DNA of 58,758 nucleotides, counting the filler, from Sphacelaria rigidula (lineage: Eukaryota), in the NCBI GenBank assembly GCA_964200075.2. It is 3 parts of 3 records of this genome, joined end to end, with 100 filler letters (N's around TTAATTAATTAA, not from the genome) between each part and the next. Parts side by side here need not be neighbours in the genome. Positions count along the whole stretch, not along the records: positions 39,241 to 58,758 come from CAXNAA020000654.1; 2 more parts are not named here. One strand, given 5' to 3'. The notes beneath the pieces were generated by a model. The model had not been told where the DNA came from. It made no database searches and saw only the letters and a list, made by a program, of their open reading frames with translations. Shown here in pieces: positions 49,400 to 58,758 of the stretch. Within the stretch, counting starts at the first letter, position 1. Each line of letters starts with the position of its first letter. A program made the position numbers and the translations under genes.

Positions 49400-50183
49400 C
49401 ATCGGGGTGAGGGTGTTTACAAAAACGCTGTTGTGACAAAGGGGCGATTTTTAGAGGGAAATCGCCGCTGTTGAAGAAAATGATCGACACAGACGGTTGG
49501 AATGGCGTTTGCTTGGCGAGTCACCAGCGAGCGGGCGAGCTCATTATTCGTGTTAAGACACGAACGGTCATGCGGAGAGTAGCACACAACGAAACGCACA
49601 CGGCAACGATACAAGGGATTGCTGTGGGGAAATGCTGCGGCCTTATATATATGTATATATATATATCATAGAGGAGTGCTTGGGGACCGGAGGAAGGACA
49701 TAATTTACTCGTTTTGTTTCGTTAAACCATAATCCTTCTGCCCTTGTGTCGCTCGTCGACTTGTCAATCAATTCCACTTGCCATCGCATGAGTGCCGCAA
49801 AATGTTTTGATTGAGTGAGTGGACGATTGACCGGTTGTGGCACAATAATCAACCAGTTACGGATCCAACCGCGATCACAGGGCAGGCATTGCCAACGTAA
49901 ACGGATGCACTCGCTGAAAAAACTCGAAGGAGGGGGAAGATAAAGAACAACATTATAAGAATAGAGGAGGAGTGAAGTACCAACAAAACACACACACACA
50001 TGAAGTAGTACCCTCTTACGTCGCGACTCGAAAAAGATGAACATATTCCACCACAACAGTAGATTCTCAGGAGGCACGATTGCCACAAAAGGCCGATCCG
50101 GTAGTGGGGACGTTTCCGTATAACGCACATCGCACGCATGTTGCTCTCTGCTGCGCGGACCCATTTCCCGACATGGCGAACGT

Positions 50184-50264
50184 GTATGTGTGTGTTGTCG
50201 TCCCATCTATTCTGGACGCCGGTCCACACCTTTCGGTATATGTGGGCGCACCAGCCGGGGTCAC
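50184..50264 (-). repeat. SINE family 1 3' tail fragment
   Basis: GTGTGTTGTCGTCCCATCTATTCTGGACGCC..CAGCCGGGGTCAC. Confidence 0.72.
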
Positions 50265-52947
50265 GTACATGACGTTATTTCGCATGCATCTATAGGCTGT
50301 GCGGTATCGTCAGCAAGAGCAGTAGCAGGTATATTGTGTCATCATTGCAACAGGAGCGATGCTACGGTAGGGGTTCACAAATATTTTCTGAGGTTAGAAT
50401 TGTTGGGAGCCCTTTCTCTCATCCAAAACACGACGTATGGGAAATGTAAGAGTGCGCCGGGATAACTATTTCAATGTGCAAATGTGGATCCCCTGATCCA
50501 TATTCTTGTGCATGTAGAATCGGTAGGAGCCTCTGAACCAGACACTGTTCTGCACAAAAAGTATATCCCTACCGTAGCATTGTTCAGAGGTGACTTTGCC
50601 AGAGTCTCACAAAGATACCGTATATGGCGGGGCTCACTTGCCTGATATTCACCGTAAGCCTCTATGCAATTGGTGTCTCGTACCAAGCGTTGTCATTCCC
50701 TCGACGGCCGTTCTAAACGCGTGTGGTACACGGCATAATTACGGAGGGATCGTGAGTATGCCGTGTGTAGGGTGCGAGGATAGCATCGTAGGTAACCGGA
50801 GATCATCGCGGGCAGACATATGACCAAGTCGCAAAAAGTGATACGGCTATGAAAACCACAAGAGAATGTCTTTTGTTGCGCTAACGCCGCAGGTCACGTG
50901 GTTATTGTAGTAAGGCATTGCGTGCTCGAAGCCAATGCCGCAGTCTACCGCAACGGCACACGACCGGAGAAAACCTTTACGCTGAGTGCGACGGCCCTAT
51001 CGTACCACTTTCAAAATATCAATTTCAGCTAAGGTCCCCCCCTCCGTGGTGGAGGTAAATACAAAGAATTTCCCCGATGGCGAAACAGGACTGGGAAAAG
51101 ATATGTCAAAAGTTTTCGTGTAATGTATGGAAGAAACGTAATGAGCACCTAAATGTTGGAGGTGTCTCTATCAGAAGTAGGAACGGTGCTCCGTCTCGAA
51201 AGGGATGCCTGGTCGATGGTCGAACGACTAAGGCAAGCAACAGATGAGTACGCCCCCCTCTAAAAAAACTCTGCGGAAATGTCTCGCCAAACCACGTACG
51301 AAAATCACCACTCATGTTCTCGATTTCGTGACAGAACTCGAAGCCAACGGAGACCGGACCTCTAACTAGTGAAACGTTGAGCAAGTCACATCAGACTAAA
51401 ACAGCAGCAATAAACAAGCAACAAAAATGCGGCCCACGGACCAAGAGCCAACCTAGAACGCACCTACGATGCACCTCCGCCAAAACTGAACCTTGAACTG
51501 CACTTGAGCGGGAAAGAGGCACGGAAAAAACGTTCGACAAGATTTCGTCCTGTCTTCCTTACCCTACCAACGACAGCTACCACCAGAAAGGTTGTTATCT
51601 ATCTGATGTTCCTCACCCTACCTAGCCACCCCTAAATCGTTGAGCCGCGCACCCAGGAACCTTGTTACAGAATAGACTAATCGTCATCAATACCCCCCCC
51701 CCCCCCCCCAAACCCAAACTCCACCCCCCCCCCCCCCCACCCCCCCCCCCCACCCCCCCCTCCCACTCCCACCCNNNNNNNNNNCCCTCCCTACCCCCCC
51801 CCAATCCTTGCAGCCCCCCCCCCAGGAACCTTGTTACAGAATAACCTAATCGTCATCAATTCCCCCCCCCCCCCCGAAAATCTATACTCTACCACCCCCT
51901 TTCCGAACCATCTGCATCACCCCCTGTTTCGAATGTCCACCGCCATGAGTTACGTGTGCGACACGGCACAGTCCACGACTATGCCGCAATATATCCGCAG
52001 CCCGGTACCTGGACTATGAACACAACGAGTGCTGCATTGAGCGGCATACTTGCGGTAAAATCTTCTCATAGGAGTCCGTTCACCGCGGCCTAGCTCAAGA
52101 AGCCGACGAAGAATAACACTAGACACACATGGGCTAAACAGCTAGAGAGGTTACATAGATGAGGTGATTATTTCAGATCGACGAGACGTCTGCGTAGGCG
52201 GGCGGGCACACCATGCGATGAGAACGGTATAGGCCTTCTGCGTGCGCTGCTAAAGTTCGGGTCCGAAATGGGGCAGGGGACTGCATAAGCTGGTGCTATC
52301 GTACCACTAGAGTAAACATGCGATAATGGGCGTCATGCGCGAGGCGGACGTAATGCAACTCTCATGTACATGTGAAAAAACGTCAAAATTGCGTGCGATG
52401 AACTACGCCGACCAGCATCGACACCTGGGGTAAAACATTTCAAAACTCCACCGGGCGGATACAAGATTCGTGCTCAACACCCGGCTGAGCAGCGCTCAAG
52501 AGCACTGTCAACGTAGTAGCGGCGGGGTACAACAGACCCCGGTGAACACTGCCTAAAAACTCACCAACACTGAGACAATCCACCACTCACTGTCACTGAC
52601 TCCGGCTTGAGATTGCTCCAACGACACACAACTTCCAGCAGCGTGCGTTGTCACAAGAAACGTCGCCGGCCCGGTGCTCGGGAGAGGATCGGGGTTAAAA
52701 AACTCACCACCGGGGGTACTACTACTTTGTCACCTACCCACGGTACGCCTACCTTGAATACAGCACCACAGGGGGCCATGCTATACAGATGCTCCCCGTC
52801 GACCCCTCCTCGTCCCTCCGCCAACCACCACCTTTTTCCAACATTTCCCCCCTCTTTTTTGAATATGAACAAGTTCGGCACACTATGTGGTCCATGAGCA
52901 AAATTGTGTCTAGAGTATGACCCGAACACTGCGAGGCGAAAAACAAT

Positions 52948-53031
52948 TCAAGAGCTTTCCTTAGCCATATGCGCGATAAGGTCGATGACGCGCGTGGAGT
53001 ACCCCATCTCGTTGTCGTACCACGAGACGAC
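52948..53031 (-). CDS. GAPDH: GAPDH terminal exon
   Basis: cag|[30 protein letters not shown]; conserved SWYDNExGYS motif. Confidence 0.97.
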   Translation of the reverse strand, partial: [27 protein letters not shown]

Positions 53032-53547
53032 CTGGTTGCAATGGCAACGGTACACAAGTACAGGACGGGCGAGAGCAGAAAGTGACGGGGTATCATAAAT
53101 ACGCAGCACCGGCAGCAGCCTCGACGAAGGAAACGCGGAGGAACGATGCAGAAGACTGAAACGTGAACAAAGAGGCTCTTGACGTCCGATTTTCAAGCAG
53201 AAACAACTTACAACCATCCAGGGTACAGGGTGACCGATTTCAGAACAAACACTGAACATTTTTCCAATTCGATTTGTGATTCCGACTTGACCAGTCGGGT
53301 CCCCTCATAAAGGATGGCGGACAGGACCGTAGTCTGCCATGAAGTGATCGATAAAAGCAAGCAACCCGCAGTAGCGATACCAGAGAAACAGCAGCGATCG
53401 AAAACGCGCCGGCTAATTCGCGTGAAACTAGTAAAAAAAAACGCGGAGAAAATGTCACGATAGTGTCACGATAGTGTCACACTTTGCGAAGCCAAGAGCG
53501 TTGAGCCTACTGTATCTTGAACTCAATTCGTACGCACTAGTAGCTTA

Positions 53548-53853
<306 letters not shown>

Positions 53854-54314
53854 CTACCCTCCTACCAATCCAGGCGTGATTGCAAGGTAGAGATATCCGA
53901 GGGAAACGAGGCGAGTGGTGTAAGGAACTGACGTAACTATGAACAAGTTACTCGCGGGGCACGCTGTCGCGTCATGCGTCCGCGGTGGAGTATGACTTGT
54001 AATGAATGCGCGTGGTCAAACTACTCTTACGCAAGTATATATATAAATGACTTGCTACGAGGTTGAGACAAAAATAGTGAGTTCCAGTGGAAAACGACAC
54101 ACTGTGGGTTGGCTATGCTTAGCCACGGCGATATCGTCGAATGAAACTGCTGTAGTGCTCCTCAGACATGCAGAGGTACAAGATCCAGTCAAAAACGAGT
54201 CACAATGCGTGAGAAAGGATCATATGGGCTACGCCACTATAATTTGGTCCCACAACGAAGCGCAAGCTCCGCGTACGTATATATATATATATATATATAT
54301 ATATCTCAAGTAAG

Positions 54315-54571
54315 TACGACACTTTCTACGATAGCCCCCCCCCAAAAAGTGCCTGGTTTGGGGAGGCGAAATTTTCACGTATATCGAAATGGAAAAAGGC
54401 GAGCACAAGGAGCAGCTGGGAATTCCCGCGGTCGGGTTCGTTCTCGCCAATGTCGCCCATATGAGGCGCTTCTTGCAGCCTGAACCCGAACATCAGGCGC
54501 TGTATGATCATTGTTGTCGCGACACTTGTGGGCTGGTTTTCTGGGGGGCGGCCATCATAGAAAGTGTCGTA
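54315..54571. mobile_element. MITE in GAPDH intron
   Basis: About 30-bp TIR TACGACACTTTCTA(C/T)GAT(A/G)GCC; the terminal TA may be the TSD. Confidence 0.78.
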
Positions 54572-57037
54572 AGCAAAGCACATATCCGCGCGAAGCTAAG
54601 AACAAGCCGGGCGGAATACCATCTCGCGAATCGCACACTCGTAGCGATTTTTCCTTGCCAAATGGTACCCATGCCATGTTCGCCGTGTTGCACAAAACAT
54701 AAAAAGCGGGTAAACCCTGTCCGTTCCGTGTATATTACGATGGTAAATAACACGTAGGGCCTGTCGGTACACCGCCTAATATGGAGACCCATTCAACAAA
54801 AAATAGCGAAACATAATCGTGCATGAAAATGTGGTCGATTTGGAGCAAATAGCAATAGACACTAAAAATGGTGATTAAAATTACACGGTCATTTTTTTCG
54901 GTGGCAAGGACAATGATCTGCCTTTTGCCCGTGTCCTCCCGACGTACCAAGAGTGGCACAACGAGTGAGAGCGCAAAAGGACCGCTGTAGAATCCATCAC
55001 GAGACAAAACATGAAATACTCGGGTTGTTTAGGAAATGAGTCGGACTCGTGTCAGGAATAGACGGGAGCTACTACATGCACGCCCACTGATGATACTTAT
55101 GGACCACCATATGGCGCATATCAATACATTGGTCCTTCGACCGTCCATGCTACCGTGGCTGTCCCGAGTATTCTTCCACTGACAGTCCCGCGAATGTCCA
55201 GAGGATGTTTCTTCTTGTAGGCATAGATAGGCGCCACTTGGCCATGGGCGGTCAAGTGAGAGATTTTTCCGAAGGGAAAATCGGTTTGGCCGACCGACCG
55301 TACAGGTATCTCGTGACACGGCCGAGGGAGCAGACGATTGATTTTTTTTTCCTGTGTATTATCCTGCTGTGTATGCTGCGGTCCACATATATTCATGACT
55401 ACATGTGACCACGGGTTCGAGAGATCGGACTAATGTGCGGGAATAATAATAAGAAGAAGGAGAAGAAGAAGAACATGTCAGTACCGGCTCCACCATCACC
55501 ATCGTATTTTTTGTACGGTGACGGCCAGGGTGTCACTGATCGCGGGGAATGCATGAATTATGACACGCGGCATGTGCGAGGCAACGGTCCTCTTTATGTA
55601 CGCGTCGTCTCGACTGCATCGATGTCCCCAAGAGTGGTGCAACTGGCATCCGACAAGGAGCCTGGGCACTGGAGGGGTTAGCACCGGGATTGGACTGGAT
55701 GCGTATGAAAGCCTCTGCGATATCAATATGCTCTGGTGTCAAAGCTGTGTCTGTGTGTTACTGGATGTTGCAGGTTTTGAAAAAAAAAAACTGCAGTTTT
55801 CGATAGTATCCTCGTTGGAAACCCGCTCATGTGTTTTGCTCGTCCACGAGGTGTTCAACATGCGATGGCGCCTACAGTCACGTAGAGAAGGGCGTTACGA
55901 CGCCGAACCTACACCTCCAGAACAACAAGCTGGTCTCCATTTGCGTCAGACGATGTTGATGCAGTATCTGACATATCAGCATGCAGCTACGACAACAGAA
56001 TCCTCCTGTATTCGAGCTGTCAACAGCCATAACTCACTGACGTCTGCGCCATGTACACGCTTTCACGCTCTACGTACTTTTCGTCCTGAAACATCACTTC
56101 TAAATTTATCCACAGGGAGACACCCGTTTCGGGGTGATGTTTTGAATCCATTCACCACGCGCGCAGAGTGAGCACGTGGAATCTAGGACGTGCATAGTGG
56201 GATAGCTGCAATCCTCATATCCCTAGTGACGCCCGCCACGCTGTCATTGCCCATTGCGTGCGTCTCCTAGCGCGCCCGAAAGCATAATGTGTTTGAAAAA
56301 AGCGGCGAACTAGCGACACGAAACGAGGCAGATTTGTTTTTCGCAATAAATTTGATCCTACTTGCAGTTCACCACACCTGTGGTACATTTGGTGTATCAC
56401 TCAAAGGCCTTCGATTTTGACGAAGTTTCAGCGCCGGCTCGCAAAAACGATACCAATGCTTGAAAATCGGCTTTCGATGTCTAGGTTCTCCCGTGTCCCG
56501 AGCTGTACGACCCCTTGGATATTTGTCGTTTGACACGTGCAGGAGTGGAGGAAACTGTTCCGATATGAATCTCGCGGCTCTTTTTGTTTATCGCCTCCCC
56601 TTTCCGAATTAACGCCTGAAAATTTTGCACAAGTGGTGCTTACGGTGCCAACAGCCCTTCTCTCTTACCTCCTTCTATTTCGACGCATGGGGTCGAGCTC
56701 TTCAACATGCATGTAGCACAAAAAAACGATTAAATTGTTCATCGAGGCCGCCGAATGCCCGATCACCTCCACGGTGTTGCATTATCGCGCAAGCTCCACC
56801 TGGGTTGTGGATACTCCGGACGGGCATCCGTCTGGGATGAGATCTTCCAGATGGATACCCACCCGGGGTATGGACGACTATCTCACATACGGACATGTAT
56901 CTGGGGACTCTCTCTGGGATATCTGGCGTGGATGTCCACATCGCAGATCGACATCCCAGATGGACATCGCAGATGGATATCCGCATCCCAGGCGGACAGA
57001 CAACTATGTAGAATATGGATATTGCTTGTTTTAATAG

Positions 57038-57330
57038 CGCCCCGGTGGTGTAATGGACCGACTATCGCCATTAGGGTGGAGAGAACGAGGGTTCGATTCC
57101 CGAAGCATTGGGGTATTTCGTCGTAGTATCTGATTTCTACCGTGGAAAGCGTGAGAACGTGAGTAAACAAAGTAGTTGACTGAGTTTGTTTGACGTGAAC
57201 TGATGCGGCGAGGGAGTGGTGATAGTCATGACCCAATCCGCGAGACTAAAATGCAAGGCGTGTACCGGGGAGAGATGGGTTGATCCCTTGAGACTGTTAG
57301 ACCACGGACTTGTCCCGAGGGAGGGGAGGG
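57038..57330 (+). mobile_element. tRNA-derived SINE, family 2 (or tRNA pseudogene head)
   Basis: A box TGGTGTAATGG, B box GGTTCGATTCC, no intact cloverleaf; 3' part ATGGGTTGATCCCTTGAGAC..CCACGGAC recurs at 15075-15125. Confidence 0.6.
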
Positions 57331-57988
57331 GTTCAAAGTGCGAAAAAATGAAAAAAAAGTGAAGAAGAAAAAAAGTAAAAAGTGAAGGAAAAAAAAAGTC
57401 GTGCATATCCATCTGGGATTCCACGATAATGCAAGGCTCCCATTTTCTCGACCGCAGAGCCAAACCTAAAGGAGGCACAGAGCACGGTTGATCGTATCAT
57501 GCGCACGATCCTTTTTCTTAAAACTCTCAACCCCTCGCTTTGCTCGGGGCAAGTCGGTGGTCACAAGCGACCAGCCCACCTCTCTCGTGGTAACACGTGT
57601 TGCGATGTATAGTGGTGGGTTATATTTTCAGGATATGAGTCAAAAAGCTGGGCGGGAAACGCTTGGAAAAGGATTGCTTTGTTATTCCTCCGTAACCCAT
57701 TCGTGAGCAGTAACCGGGAACACCTGGCGATACTCTTCTCATCATCACACTCGCACTATTCGAACCCGGTTGACATTTGCCCAGGGACCAGACCGACCGA
57801 AACGTAACGAAAAAACGGCGGTGATGAACTGAACAAAGCCTCCTCAAAACTAAGGGCTAATGCCGAAATAGCGCCCCCACAAAAAGTGCACCGGAGACCG
57901 TCCGACAAACCGGCTGGTATCCCAATATTGGGCTCATTTGCAGCAATTTCGCCCGCATGGGAGGCGTGTAGCAGTCTGAAATCAGCTA

Positions 57989-58369
<381 letters not shown>

Positions 58370-58419
58370 TCAGCCGTCGACTCTGTTACTCATGGTGCGT
58401 TATTTCCAGTGTCGCCTTA

Positions 58420-58638
<219 letters not shown>

Positions 58639-58758
58639 CTATAACGTCAGTGCAGTGAAAAACACAAATCACAAAGGGTGAATGTATGGGAGAGAGGGAG
58701 GCGGTGTGCTCATGATCTTGCATGCCGTAGTCATAAGACCATTGACCTCGCATCCCTA

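Larger units (their letters stand above)
48391..49410 (-). mobile_element. SINE family 1 copy with (GT)n tail carrying two nested MITEs
   Basis: SINE segments at 48391-48722, 48981-49067 and 49400-49410 are colinear with other copies. Confidence 0.72.

Noticed and set aside
55560-56171. 203-aa plus-strand ORF inside the GAPDH intron
   Set aside because: No recognisable motif, spans a poly-A run, antisense within a repeat-rich intron

Overview
Eukaryotic, intron-rich, TE-dense genomic DNA, most consistent with a brown alga or related stramenopile (inference from the GAPDH sequence, short exons with long GT-AG introns, and repeat content). Two artificial scaffold linkers (N-TTAATTAATTAA-N at 19521-19620 and 39141-39240) split it into three contigs, so joins across them are unproven. 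Contents: (1) the last four exons of a minus-strand GapC-type GAPDH (52948-58638), possibly the C-terminal half of the stramenopile TPI-GAPDH fusion; (2) a long minus-strand multi-exon gene for a largely low-complexity protein (exons from 19011 down to 4679, probably running off the left edge); (3) a plus-strand multi-exon gene (about 20525-48196) with several Beclin-1/ATG6-like motifs, whose introns hold (4) a decayed full-length Ty1/copia element (21932-29986) with a different TIR element in each LTR and (5) a decayed Ty3/gypsy chromovirus (30676 to the 39141 gap) whose integrase carries a chromodomain plus a second Tudor/PWWP-like module, followed by an extra 3' ORF remnant. Also present: two tRNA-derived SINE families, several MITE/TIR families (one with 4-bp TSDs), a 1.6-kb TIR element built from 42/85-bp AGCT-rich tandem units, and a second copia RNase H relic. 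Gene models were assembled by eye from splice sites and phase compatibility; no database search was run, and reference protein motifs are quoted from memory.
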